The notes beneath the pieces were generated by a model. The model saw only the letters and a list, made by a program, of their open reading frames with translations. It searched no databases and was not told where the DNA came from. Positions 8,143 through 17,563 of a stretch of DNA of 47,416 bases are shown in pieces. The position numbers and the translations under genes were made by a program. Each line of letters starts with the position of its first letter. Positions within the stretch are counted from its first letter, which is position 1. Origin of the DNA: a virus (Duplodnaviria; Caudoviricetes); IMG/VR virus record IMGVR_UViG_3300027533_000037, positions 1 through 47,416 of that record; one strand, given 5' to 3'.

Positions 8143-8447
8143 TGGCGACAGTGACCGTTGGCACGTCAACGACTACGGTCCTGACCGGGATCGTGTGGCC
8201 GGCCTCTACCGCAGACATCGCGACGATGAACAACCTGCTGCTGGATGACCTGACGACCGGGCACCCGGCGGCTCACATCAGCGGTATCGGCGGCATTGAG
8301 AACGTCGGCATCCTCTACGTCCCGAACCGAGGGCAGCTGACGATCGAGGCGGGCGACGTGGTGGCGATCGACCCCGACACCGGCGGCGTTGTGCTGATTA
8401 CCGCCCTGGCAATCGCCGGGACGGATTGGCTGGTCGCGGGAGCATAA
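8142..8447 (+). CDS. Hypothetical virion protein (101 aa, possible head decoration)
   Basis: Beta-rich T/G/V composition, AGGAG RBS, head module. Confidence 0.65.
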   Translation: MATVTVGTSTTTVLTGIVWPASTADIATMNNLLLDDLTTGHPAAHISGIGGIENVGILYVPNRGQLTIEAGDVVAIDPDTGGVVLITALAIAGTDWLVAGA

Positions 8448-8491
8448 AACCGCGCCGGGCGGTTCCCGGCATCCCGTAGAGGAAGCAAACC

Positions 8492-8806
8492 ATGTCGAGA
8501 AACGAACAATCCGTAGAGGCCAAAATCCAGGCCAAGAACCTGAATGCGCCGCGCCTCAACCCGGCGCATATCGACGCACAGATCGTCGCCGAGCATTTCC
8601 ATGTGTTCGACGGCACACCGCTGACCGTCTGCGCTCTGACCTTGAAGAACGGCTTCATGGTGGTGGGCAAGAGTGCGCCGGCCTCGCCAGAGAACTTCGA
8701 TGCCGAACTCGGCAAGAAGATCGCGCGGGACGATGCGCGCAACCAGATTTGGGCGCTTGAGGGCTACCGGCTCCGCGCCCATCTCGCCGGCATGGCGGGG
8801 TTCTGA
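8492..8806 (+). CDS. N4 gp49 / Sf6 gp66 family protein
   Basis: LTVCALTLKNGFMVVGKSAPASPENFDAELGKKIARDDARNQIWALEGYRL is the family signature. Confidence 0.85.
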   Translation: MSRNEQSVEAKIQAKNLNAPRLNPAHIDAQIVAEHFHVFDGTPLTVCALTLKNGFMVVGKSAPASPENFDAELGKKIARDDARNQIWALEGYRLRAHLAGMAGF

Positions 8807-9561
8807 TGGCGAAGAGGGAATGGACGCCAGAGGAACGGGCGGCGCACGCCGTGAAGATGCGCGCCATCCAGGCCGAGCGTAGGGCGAAGTGGGCCACGCC
8901 GCAGGCTGATGTTGCGCCGGAACCGGAACCGCCGGGGGCCGATGACGGGACATATCCCGAGGAGCCCGCGCCGGTCATGCCGCCGGTCGAGAGCGGGGCG
9001 GAGTACGGCCTCACGGCCCCGGTGCCGGTCGAGCCCGCGCCGGCCAATGCCGCGCCGGCGGCCGAGGCGACCGCCTTCGACATCTACATGGCCTCGCTCT
9101 CCGAGGAGACGCGCGAGCTGTTGTCGGTCGAGGAATTGCGCGGCGCTTTCGACGCGGCGGTGAAGCAGGCCGATGACGAGAGGCGCAAGGAATTGCGGAA
9201 GGCGGCGGCCGCCAAGGCCCTGCACCACGCCAAGGCGGCGGCCGGGCTACTGCCGAAGGAGAAGGTCGAGCAATTGGCATGGCAGGAGCGGATGAACCAG
9301 AAGGTCCGCTTCCGGGTCATGCTGCCGTTCCTCGCCGGGATCAACGACAGCCGCATCGGTGACGAGGGGCTGCGGATCGACGGCAAACTCTACCAGCACG
9401 GGGTCGAAGCGGAGATGACGATGGGCGAGTACCTGTCGGTCCGCGAGATGATCTGGCGGATGGGGCAGCACGAACTCGACTTCAAGGGCGAGGGCCGGCT
9501 CAGCAGCCTGCGCCGGATGCTGGAGTCGCGCGGGTTTGACGAGCATGGAGTGCGTCAGTGA
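8806..9561 (+). CDS. Hypothetical protein (251 aa)
   Basis: Translationally coupled (TGATG); P/E-rich N-terminus, helical C-terminus. Confidence 0.75.
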   Translation: MAKREWTPEERAAHAVKMRAIQAERRAKWATPQADVAPEPEPPGADDGTYPEEPAPVMPPVESGAEYGLTAPVPVEPAPANAAPAAEATAFDIYMASLSEETRELLSVEELRGAFDAAVKQADDERRKELRKAAAAKALHHAKAAAGLLPKEKVEQLAWQERMNQKVRFRVMLPFLAGINDSRIGDEGLRIDGKLYQHGVEAEMTMGEYLSVREMIWRMGQHELDFKGEGRLSSLRRMLESRGFDEHGVRQ

Positions 9562-10022
9562 GTGAGATGCGGGTCACCTACCAGATCCAGATTGCCGAGG
9601 GGCAGACGCTTGCCTACGAGATTGGGGCGGACACCAACGATGGCCCCGAGGAATTGCGGAAGGTGCTCGATCTGGTCGGCGATGCGGCGGAGCGCCGGAA
9701 GGCGATGCACGACCTGCCGTTCCACAAGGCGCGTCTCCTGTCGAACCGGGAACGAATCGGCAATCTGCGCAAATCGCGGGCGCAGGCGGAGTCTGACGCG
9801 AATGCTCACATCGCGGTCCTCGGGCAAAACAGGCACAAAAAGGTGCCCATGCCCCAGACGGACGTTAACGCCATCGCGCAGTGGGACAAGCAGATCGCCG
9901 ATGCCGAGGCGCTGATCAAGGCCGACGAATTGCGCATCCCGTACATGGAAGCAATCATCGCCGGCCGGGAGCCGCCCGAGCTGTTCCCCGAGACGCGCGA
10001 GTTCCTCGCCGCGGCAGAATAG
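9558..10022 (+). CDS. Hypothetical protein (154 aa, coiled coil)
   Basis: GTGA overlap with the previous stop; coding-like. Confidence 0.75.
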   Translation: MSEMRVTYQIQIAEGQTLAYEIGADTNDGPEELRKVLDLVGDAAERRKAMHDLPFHKARLLSNRERIGNLRKSRAQAESDANAHIAVLGQNRHKKVPMPQTDVNAIAQWDKQIADAEALIKADELRIPYMEAIIAGREPPELFPETREFLAAAE

Positions 10023-10024
10023 TT

Positions 10025-11023
10025 GTGTTAACCGCCTTCCAGATAATCGAGGAGGCGGTCTATCGCGCCAAGGTGCCGGGCTACACGTCGACCTTCGGCA
10101 TCCGCAATCTGAACTCGGTCCTCTCCGACATCTGCCAGGACTATGATTTTGCGCTGGCGCGGGGCCTCTTCAGTTTCAATTTCGACCCGGCGCTGACATC
10201 GACGTTCGGCTGCGGCCCCATCAAGCTGCCGCTGGATTACTTGCGCACGTCAGGCTCGTCCGGCGCGACGGGCGCCAGTGGCTCGGTCTGGTACAAATAT
10301 CCGGCCCCGGAATTGGCTCAGGGCTATCAGCCGATTTACATGACTCCGATCGACATTGCCGAGTTCGATGGCGTCTCGCAATTCGCCGGAGCCCAATCAG
10401 TCCCGTCGATATGGGCGACCGATATGGGCGGCCCCTTGACCGATCGGATCATCCTCTCGGCTGTCGGCGACATCACCGGCACCAGCGGCACGGTGTCGAA
10501 CATCATCAATGCGGACGGCTCTACCGTGAGCCTGGCGGGCCTGACGGTCGGCCTGTCGGCGGCGGGCGAGGGGATCGAACCCGGGTCGGTCATCACCACG
10601 ATCGACACCACGACGAACCAGATCACGCTGGACCTCGACACGTCCCGCGCCCGCGACGGCGCCAGTGTCTTCTTCGGTATCGCCCCGGTCGCCTATGTCT
10701 GGCCGCCGCCCCTGAGTAACTATCCGGTATCGGTGCGTTACCAGCGGCAGATGCCTCCGATCGTCAATCCACAGACGGTGCCGTGGTTCCCCCACGAGGG
10801 GTATCTGATTACCGAACTCGCCTCGCGCCTGTGCGGGATCAGCGACGACCAGAGGGCATTGCAACTTGGCGGCGTGGCTTCCGGGCTTATGCGGAAGTAC
10901 GCCCAAAAAGCCGACGACAAAACGAACCGCGCGCAACAAATCCAAATGGATCCCCGCAACTTCGCCTCGGCCCCGGGCGGGGCATATCGGCGGGCCAAAA
11001 ACACCAAGCACGCCGGCTGGTGA
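10025..11023 (+). CDS. Head-tail adaptor / tail tubular protein A-like
   Basis: GTG start MLTAFQIIEEAVYRAK..LNSVLSDICQDYDF..LPLDYLR..YVWPPP..WFPHEGYLITELASRL; precedes the nozzle-like gene. Confidence 0.65.
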   Translation: MLTAFQIIEEAVYRAKVPGYTSTFGIRNLNSVLSDICQDYDFALARGLFSFNFDPALTSTFGCGPIKLPLDYLRTSGSSGATGASGSVWYKYPAPELAQGYQPIYMTPIDIAEFDGVSQFAGAQSVPSIWATDMGGPLTDRIILSAVGDITGTSGTVSNIINADGSTVSLAGLTVGLSAAGEGIEPGSVITTIDTTTNQITLDLDTSRARDGASVFFGIAPVAYVWPPPLSNYPVSVRYQRQMPPIVNPQTVPWFPHEGYLITELASRLCGISDDQRALQLGGVASGLMRKYAQKADDKTNRAQQIQMDPRNFASAPGGAYRRAKNTKHAGW

Positions 11024-11126
11024 GCCGTGGTTGCCGTCACGGTCACGACGCATGCGACACCGGAAGAATTGGCTCTTGTCCTAGCCTACGCGAGACGGGA
11101 GTGGCCGCTCGCTGAGAGGATCGCCG

Positions 11127-13736
11127 GTGGCAACCTCCCTTAGAAACGGAGTTCCCCTTAGCTTCGTAGCCAGAACCCTCAGCGACGCTACCGACGCGAC
11201 CAACGCCGGCCGCGGCGCGATGCGGGCGCTGGCGAACCTGGTGCCCGACCCGACGACGCGAGGCAACTGGGTCTGCCGCCCGGGGCAGGTCGACACGATA
11301 GAGTTCTCCAGCCTCAACGCCGCGACCTTCGTCACCGCCATGCTGCCGGTCGGGAATATCGTCTACGGCATGGTGTCCAGCGGTCTCTTTGCCGGCAAGG
11401 ACCAGCCATTCGCCTACGATCTGGATGCCGGCGCCTTCCTGGCCGTCGCGGGCATCGAGGACGCGAATCTCCCGGTATCGCCCCCCGCTACGGGGCACTG
11501 GACGCCGCCGATCATGGCGCAGGTCGGCAGCCGCATCCTGGTGACGCACACCGGGTTCCCCGGCTCGACGACGGGGGAGCCGTCCGATTACGGGATCAAG
11601 TTCGGCTGGTTCGACATCAGCGACTTCGAGGCCACGATCACCGGCAACACCATCGAGCAGTTCGCGGTGATCGGCGATACGGTCATCACCGACAATCCGC
11701 TCTTTATCTATGGCGTGCCGCCGGGGGCGCTGCCGTCCGAGGCGAATATCGGGTTCACCATCACCGGCACGGGCATCCCGGCGTCGACAACAATCGTCGA
11801 CGTGATGGATGCGGCGGTGGCCGGCGAGGGCGACACCACCGCCGCCTCGGCGGTCATCGTCAATGTGCCGTCGACCTCAGCCATGTATGTCGGGATGGTC
11901 GTTGAGGGAGCCGGCATTCCGCCGGGATCGCAAATCCTGCTGGTGGGTCCGGGCACGCAGATCACCCTCGACCAGAACGCCACCGCCACGGCCACCGGGG
12001 TGGCGTTCTCGGTTATCGGGAAACAGATCCAGATATCCAACCCGGCCACGTCTTCTGCCAACGGCACCGCGTTTACCTTTTTTTCCGACACGACGATCAC
12101 CGGCAACCCGAGCATCTTCGGGTTGCAGCCGGGGCTCGCGATCAGCGGCACCGGCGTTGCGGCGGGCACGACAATCGTCTCGTTTGCCACAGTGACGGCG
12201 GAGATCGTCGCCAGCATCACGGCGAACAGCAACAGCGCCTTCGCCACTGTCAGCGCCAGCGGGTTGTCGGACGGCATGGATGTGGCCGGGGCGGGCATCG
12301 CGCCTGGGACGACGCTGCTCTCCGCCGGGGGCAATTTGATCGTCCTGTCTCTGCCGGCGCTGTCGACCGGGACGACGACGCTGTTTTTCAGCGGCACGCA
12401 GATCGAGGTCAGCCCGGCGCTCACCGGCACACACGCCGGCGTCGAGTTGGCGATTGTGGGGGGCACTCCCGAGGCCCCGCTGTGGGGGGCGGGCGACACC
12501 GCGATCAGCCCGCTGCCGAGCGTCCCCGTGGGCGTGGCGCAGATGAACGGGCGGGCCTGGTTTGCGGCGCTTGAGAATGGGATTCCCTGGTCGGATAGCC
12601 TCTTGCCGTGCGTGCGGACCAGTGCAACCCAGGCGCTGACCGTCAATAACGCGCGGAACGTCACCGCCATCGCCCCCTTGATGCTGGCGGCTCCGATCGT
12701 CGGCGGCATCGTGCAGGCGCTGGTCGCCTTCCAGGGCGGCTCGAACATGCAGCAGATCACCGGCGACCCGGCCACCGGCAATCTGAAAATGGACCTGCTG
12801 CCGGTGGCGACCGGCACGCTGGCGCCGAACACGATCACCCCCTCGACGTTGGGGACGTTCTTCGTGTCGCCCGAGGGGCTCCGGGTCATCGACTTTAAGG
12901 CCGGGGTTTCGGATCCGATCGGCCAGGACGGCGAGGGGGTGATCTCCCCCTTCCTCTCCGTGGTCGCGCCGCCGATCCCCTTTTCCACATTGGCGCAAGC
13001 CTCGCGCATGGCTGCGGCGGCTGGCGGCCGCACCCTGCGGATCGACGCGCCGGACGCCGACGGTACGGTCTTTTCCTACTGGTACGACCTGACCCGACGC
13101 ATCTGGACCGGCCCGCATACCGGCGGCGCCAGCCTGGTCGAGGTCTGGAACGACACGTTTCTGGTCTCATCGTCGACGCGCCTCGTGGTGCAGCGGGCCG
13201 ACGACATCCCGCGCGTCTACTCGGTCTACGAGGAAAACGGCCAGCAGCTGCTCTACGAGTGGGAGACCTCGCTCTTGCCGGACAGCGGCGAGATGAGCGA
13301 GAACACGATCATCGAATCGGCGATCATGGTGGCGCTGCAACCGCTCGAGCAGACCCAGATCGACTTCCTCGACGAGATACGCGGGCCGCTCGACGGGGTG
13401 ACCCTGCGCGGCCTCGATGTGCCGGAAGCGCTTTGGGGGCGGGCGATCTTCGGCGTCACCCTGACCGGGCCGGACCCCGGCACGATCCGGCAGCGACAGA
13501 TCCCGTGGACCCTGCCGCTCGTCTTCAAGCAGGGCCGCGTCAATATCCGGGGTCTCTCGTCGGCGACGGTCACGCTGGGCAATTTCTACATGCGCTATCA
13601 GGTGCTGGGCTACCTGCTCCAGGTGCCGCAAATCCCGGTAGCTCCCGCCGATGGGGATTTCTTCCTGCTGGCGAACGATGGGGTTACCATCCTGCGCTCA
13701 AACGGCAACGTGAACATGCGGCCGGACCCGATCTGA
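11127..13736 (+). CDS. Tail tubular protein B / nozzle-like protein
   Basis: 869 aa, beta-propeller-like composition (GTFFVSPEGLRVID, YWYDLTRRIWTGPH); position after the adaptor. Confidence 0.7.
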   Translation: MATSLRNGVPLSFVARTLSDATDATNAGRGAMRALANLVPDPTTRGNWVCRPGQVDTIEFSSLNAATFVTAMLPVGNIVYGMVSSGLFAGKDQPFAYDLDAGAFLAVAGIEDANLPVSPPATGHWTPPIMAQVGSRILVTHTGFPGSTTGEPSDYGIKFGWFDISDFEATITGNTIEQFAVIGDTVITDNPLFIYGVPPGALPSEANIGFTITGTGIPASTTIVDVMDAAVAGEGDTTAASAVIVNVPSTSAMYVGMVVEGAGIPPGSQILLVGPGTQITLDQNATATATGVAFSVIGKQIQISNPATSSANGTAFTFFSDTTITGNPSIFGLQPGLAISGTGVAAGTTIVSFATVTAEIVASITANSNSAFATVSASGLSDGMDVAGAGIAPGTTLLSAGGNLIVLSLPALSTGTTTLFFSGTQIEVSPALTGTHAGVELAIVGGTPEAPLWGAGDTAISPLPSVPVGVAQMNGRAWFAALENGIPWSDSLLPCVRTSATQALTVNNARNVTAIAPLMLAAPIVGGIVQALVAFQGGSNMQQITGDPATGNLKMDLLPVATGTLAPNTITPSTLGTFFVSPEGLRVIDFKAGVSDPIGQDGEGVISPFLSVVAPPIPFSTLAQASRMAAAAGGRTLRIDAPDADGTVFSYWYDLTRRIWTGPHTGGASLVEVWNDTFLVSSSTRLVVQRADDIPRVYSVYEENGQQLLYEWETSLLPDSGEMSENTIIESAIMVALQPLEQTQIDFLDEIRGPLDGVTLRGLDVPEALWGRAIFGVTLTGPDPGTIRQRQIPWTLPLVFKQGRVNIRGLSSATVTLGNFYMRYQVLGYLLQVPQIPVAPADGDFFLLANDGVTILRSNGNVNMRPDPI

Positions 13737-14191
13737 TGGCGATAGGCGAAACCTTCGGCTTTTTTCTGGTTCAGGATCCGAACACCACGGCGCTGCCGCT
13801 GCCGATAGTGGCGAGCGACCGATTGGCGATCGTGCGCGGCCCGGCGACGACCGAGCAGACTTACTACGTCTCGCCCGCCGACATCGCGACAACGGAGACC
13901 TTCCCGATCCTGGTGGTGACGCCGGCCAGCGGCGACACGGTGGCGCTGCCGGACGGGACGCGGTCTCTCTACATCAACACGGGTGCCCTGGCGAATTTGA
14001 CGATTCTCCTGCCGCCGGTGGTCGGCGGCACCTATACGGTCGAGATTTGCCCTGCCGCGCCGATAGCGGCTCTGAACATTCAGGACTCCGCGGCGGTTCC
14101 GGTGCCGGGCGCTCCGACATCCGGGTTCGGCCCCGGTGCCGCGATCGTCATGCGGTTCATTGATGCTATCGGATTCCGGTATTGGAAATGA
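13736..14191 (+). CDS. Hypothetical tail protein (151 aa)
   Basis: ATG overlaps the previous TGA; beta-rich. Confidence 0.7.
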   Translation: MAIGETFGFFLVQDPNTTALPLPIVASDRLAIVRGPATTEQTYYVSPADIATTETFPILVVTPASGDTVALPDGTRSLYINTGALANLTILLPPVVGGTYTVEICPAAPIAALNIQDSAAVPVPGAPTSGFGPGAAIVMRFIDAIGFRYWK

Positions 14192-15525
14192 ACTTTAAAT
14201 TCTTGATATTATTGGCTTTATCTGCGATTGCGTGGCCGGCGGCGGCGCAGGCGGCCTGCCCGCCGATCCCCTTTATCTTCGCCCAGGGCGCGCCGTTCAA
14301 TGCGACCCAGGTCAACGCGAACTTCACCAGCCTGCGCGACTGCTACAGCACCTCGCTCAGCCCGGGGACGCCGCCGACCGTGGTCAATCATCCGGTGGTC
14401 TGGACGGATACGCTCGGCACCGGCATTGGCGATCCCGGCACGACATGGACCTACGGCGGCTCGATCGTGCTCAACCCGGTGCCGGGCTCCCTCAACCAGG
14501 GCCTCAAGACCTCGCAGACCGTCGCCGGCACCGTCGTGGCCGACACCTGGTACAACCAGTTCCTGATCGCCAGCGACAACGTGAGCGGGGCGCAGACCAA
14601 CCTGTTCGGCGGCGGCGTCTATCACATCTGCTGCGGCGCGGCCGCGCAGGGGTATCGCTTTGCGCTCGGCGGCCGGCTAGATGTAACCGGCGCCTGGAGT
14701 TCATCTGACCCGGAGGCGGTCTTTGTGGGGGTGATCGGCAATGCCCGGGCAACGGTTAGCGCATCCAGCGTCGGGGCGCTGATCGCCGGCGGCAACTTCA
14801 ACGTCGATGTCAGCAACAACGCCCAGAATTGGGCGACGGTCATCGGGGCGGAGACCGATGTCATCGTTCGGGCCGGGACCGAGGCACCGCAGATGAAGAC
14901 GAACCAATCCCACGTCCTGGGGGCGCTCGATGCGGTAAACGCCTTCGGGTTCTCGGCGTGGCACCATTACGTAAATGCCGGCACGACGAACGGCATGACG
15001 AATCTATGGCTGCTGGACACCACCCTTGGCGGCGGGGAGATCGTCGAGCCGGTCGGCACGATTCTCAATGTCCGGGGCGCGATGACGGTGGCGGAGGTGT
15101 TCAACCTCAACTCGCTGACCGTGACGGGCAATGTCCTGACCGGCCCCGGCGGCAGCAGCGTCATCAGCGGTGCCGGCGCGGGCCACTTCAGCAGCACCCT
15201 TAGCGGCAACGGCAATATCGGGGCTGTCTACCCCGCCTCGGCCGCGACCGGCTGGGCGCTTGGCAGCAACTTCTCGGCAGCCAACGCCGAGGTCAACCTG
15301 TGGAACACGTCCAACGCCGGCCTCGGCTTCCACTTCAAGCAGAAGACCGGGGCGAGCGCCGCGTCCGACGTGTTCTGGATCAACAACACGACCGGCGGCA
15401 ACAAGACGACCAACCTGAAGCTGATGCGGAAAGACGGCGCCGGGGTCATCACCTTCGCCGATGTCACGGTCGATGCCAACGACAGCTGCGGCGCCGGCTT
15501 CTCCTGCCTGCGGGTGATAAATTGA
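14188..15525 (+). CDS. Tail-fibre-like protein with N-terminal signal peptide
   Basis: MNFKFLILLALSAIAWPAAAQA-AC..; NATQVNANFTSL resembles a fibre attachment motif; G/T/N-rich body. Confidence 0.7.
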   Translation: MNFKFLILLALSAIAWPAAAQAACPPIPFIFAQGAPFNATQVNANFTSLRDCYSTSLSPGTPPTVVNHPVVWTDTLGTGIGDPGTTWTYGGSIVLNPVPGSLNQGLKTSQTVAGTVVADTWYNQFLIASDNVSGAQTNLFGGGVYHICCGAAAQGYRFALGGRLDVTGAWSSSDPEAVFVGVIGNARATVSASSVGALIAGGNFNVDVSNNAQNWATVIGAETDVIVRAGTEAPQMKTNQSHVLGALDAVNAFGFSAWHHYVNAGTTNGMTNLWLLDTTLGGGEIVEPVGTILNVRGAMTVAEVFNLNSLTVTGNVLTGPGGSSVISGAGAGHFSSTLSGNGNIGAVYPASAATGWALGSNFSAANAEVNLWNTSNAGLGFHFKQKTGASAASDVFWINNTTGGNKTTNLKLMRKDGAGVITFADVTVDANDSCGAGFSCLRVIN

Positions 15526-15809
15526 GAGCGCTCCTGATACTGGCGCTGCTGCTGCCCTTCGCGGCCCGCGCCCAGACCGCCGACGAGAGGGCGACGCACG
15601 AGGCTTGCGACGAACAGCGCAAGGTGGAGACGACGCCCAGGGGCGCGAAGCGTTACATGCCCGGCTATAAGCCCGGCTGGGAGAAGTGCGAGGCGTTCGA
15701 GGCGGCCTACCAGCGGAAGCTGCGGGACGCGGCGAATGCGGCCAACGCCGGAGCGGTAGCCAAGAAGGCGGCGCGGGATTCAGAGGCCCAGGAGGAATTG
15801 AACAAGTGA
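15522..15809 (+). CDS. Small exported protein
   Basis: TTG start MRALLILALLLPFAARA-Q..; one Cys pair. Confidence 0.65.
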   Translation: MRALLILALLLPFAARAQTADERATHEACDEQRKVETTPRGAKRYMPGYKPGWEKCEAFEAAYQRKLRDAANAANAGAVAKKAARDSEAQEELNK

Positions 15810-16018
15810 GGTGGTTCACGCTGGCGCTTCTGCTGCTGCCACTGGCGGCGCAGGCGCAGCAGCCTGACCCGCGCATCGCCGGGCCGATGATCCAGGCGCT
15901 CCAGGCGCAGGTGGCGCTGCAGCAGGCGATGATGAAGGCGCAGGCCGAGGATGCCGAGGCGCAGAAGAAGACGCTATGGGATTGGTTGCTGTCGGCGCAG
16001 GCCGAGGCGAAAAAATAG
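15806..16018 (+). CDS. Small exported coiled-coil protein (possible fibre chaperone)
   Basis: GTG start MRWFTLALLLLPLAAQA-QQ..; GGAGG RBS. Confidence 0.7.
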   Translation: MRWFTLALLLLPLAAQAQQPDPRIAGPMIQALQAQVALQQAMMKAQAEDAEAQKKTLWDWLLSAQAEAKK

Positions 16019-16033
16019 CGGGCCGAAGCCCGC
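16010..16033. terminator. Stem-loop, possible terminator
   Basis: GCGGGC-CGAA-GCCCGC (16018-16033) preceded by an A-run (U-tract on the minus strand). Confidence 0.45.
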
Positions 16034-16141
16034 CGAGTTCCCCTTAGTCGTGTCCGCTTCCCTGACGGGGTTGCTGACGCGCCATCGTTAGCACGTCCGC
16101 GCGGATTGGTGTATAGGGCGCATCATCTTTAGGAGGGGAAT

Positions 16142-16426
16142 ATGCGCGCACCGCTTCGTTACGCCGCCATCCTGGCCGTCGGCATCTTCCTCGGCACCGC
16201 CGCGGTGCAGCTTCACTCGGCCGGCATCCCCGGCCCGGTGGACCAGAGCCAGGTCATCCCGCAGGTCAACCAGTACCTGGCGAACCTGATTACCCGCTCC
16301 GGCACGACCAGCGAATTGCAGTTCTCCGGCTCTCAGTCATGGGCGCGCAACTCCAATGTCGCCACCACGATGACCTCGCTCCGTGGAGGCTGCCCTCATG
16401 ACCGCCAAAACAGAGTTGCAGCGTAA
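16142..16426 (+). CDS. Hypothetical exported/membrane protein (94 aa)
   Basis: AGGAGG RBS; hydrophobic N-terminus MRAPLRYAAILAVGIFLGTAAVQLHSA. Confidence 0.65.
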   Translation: MRAPLRYAAILAVGIFLGTAAVQLHSAGIPGPVDQSQVIPQVNQYLANLITRSGTTSELQFSGSQSWARNSNVATTMTSLRGGCPHDRQNRVAA

Positions 16427-16556
16427 ATTTCTTGGAGCCGACCTCGCCCGCAAGCGCGCCGGCAAGAAGACGAAGACCGGCATGTCCGAGGCGCAGCTCA
16501 GGGACTTCGCCAAAAAGGTGCCGATTCAGCGCAAGGGGAGCGCCCGAAAGAAGTGA
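16398..16556 (+). CDS. Small basic protein, DUF3008-like (52 aa; not in ORF track)
   Basis: GGAGG RBS; MTAKTELQRKFLGADLARKRAGKKTKTGMSEAQLRDFAKK... Confidence 0.7.
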   Translation: MTAKTELQRKFLGADLARKRAGKKTKTGMSEAQLRDFAKKVPIQRKGSARKK

Positions 16557-17089
16557 AGCTCGCTACCACCTTGCTGCTGGCTTGCCTCGCGTCCCCGGCT
16601 ATGGCGCAGCACCTGCCTGACGTCACCGAGCCGATCGTGCCGCCCTTAAATGACGAGATCAACCGGGTGCGCCGGGCGATCAACGAGGCGTCGGGGCGTA
16701 TCGGGCAGAACAGCGCCGAATTGACTGCGCTCACCGGCGGCTGGTCGGCCGCGCCCGCCACGCTGTCCTGCAATGCGGGGACGCTCACCTCGGCCACCGG
16801 CAACGTGCTCTCCAAGGTCATCGGCAAGACGGTGTTCCTGTCGGTGCAGATCCAGATCGCCACCAATGGCACCTGTGCCACCGCGATCAACGTGGCGCTG
16901 CCGGCGGAACTGGTTCCCGTGGCGCACAACGCTTTTGTGCTGCCGGGGACGCTGGTGGGCGGCTCGATGGCGCGCGGCTTGGTGCAGCTGACACCGAGCC
17001 CGCGCATCAACATCAGGTCGTTCAATAACGGCTATCCGGGCGGCTCCGGGGCCAATATCGTCATCAGCGGCGTCTATCAGACGCAATAG
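16553..17089 (+). CDS. Signal-peptide protein with fibre-tip-like C-terminal domain
   Basis: MKLATTLLLACLASPAMA-Q..; short coiled coil, then W...KVIGKTVFLSVQI...VALP..SGVY domain. Confidence 0.75.
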   Translation: MKLATTLLLACLASPAMAQHLPDVTEPIVPPLNDEINRVRRAINEASGRIGQNSAELTALTGGWSAAPATLSCNAGTLTSATGNVLSKVIGKTVFLSVQIQIATNGTCATAINVALPAELVPVAHNAFVLPGTLVGGSMARGLVQLTPSPRINIRSFNNGYPGGSGANIVISGVYQTQ

Positions 17090-17107
17090 CCTCGAGGAGG
17101 CGGTGAG

Positions 17108-17563
17108 ATGTTCGATGGAGTGGGCGATCTGATGCAGTCGTTCGAGCGGGCTGATCGCCGGACGGTCTGGGCGCAGCGGGCTATCGTCGCCGGCATAGCG
17201 GCGGCGCTGTTGTGTGCCGGGGCCGTCGCGGCCTTAGCGCAGCAATCGCAGCCCAGCAACTGCTCGGGCACCGCGACCTCGACCGCCGCGGCGATTGTCT
17301 TCCCGGCCGCCGGCAACACCGGGCCGAGCTTTGCGTCGCAGTTCCTGACGATCGCCAACCCCAGCGCCTCGGCGACCCTGTGGGTCTGCGCCAGCAAGGG
17401 TTGCACGGCGACGGCCAACGCCGCCGCCTCGATCGCGCTCTCGCCGGTCGGCTCGGCCGGGCAGAACGGCATCAGCTTCTGGAAGGGCGCGTTCCCGCCG
17501 CCGCTGACGGTCAGCATCCTGTCGAGCGCCGCCTCTTCGCCCTTTACCTGCCTCTACGAATGA
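17108..17563 (+). CDS. Exported beta-sandwich protein (151 aa)
   Basis: GAGGAGG RBS; AIVAGIAAALLCAGAVAALA-QQ signal-like segment; several Cys. Confidence 0.7.
   Translation: MFDGVGDLMQSFERADRRTVWAQRAIVAGIAAALLCAGAVAALAQQSQPSNCSGTATSTAAAIVFPAAGNTGPSFASQFLTIANPSASATLWVCASKGCTATANAAASIALSPVGSAGQNGISFWKGAFPPPLTVSILSSAASSPFTCLYE

Noticed and set aside
10011-10022. C-terminal AAE ending shared by three ORFs (also 42564, 44490)
   Set aside because: Common in alphaproteobacterial phage genes and partly explained by overlap with the next RBS; weak host hint only.
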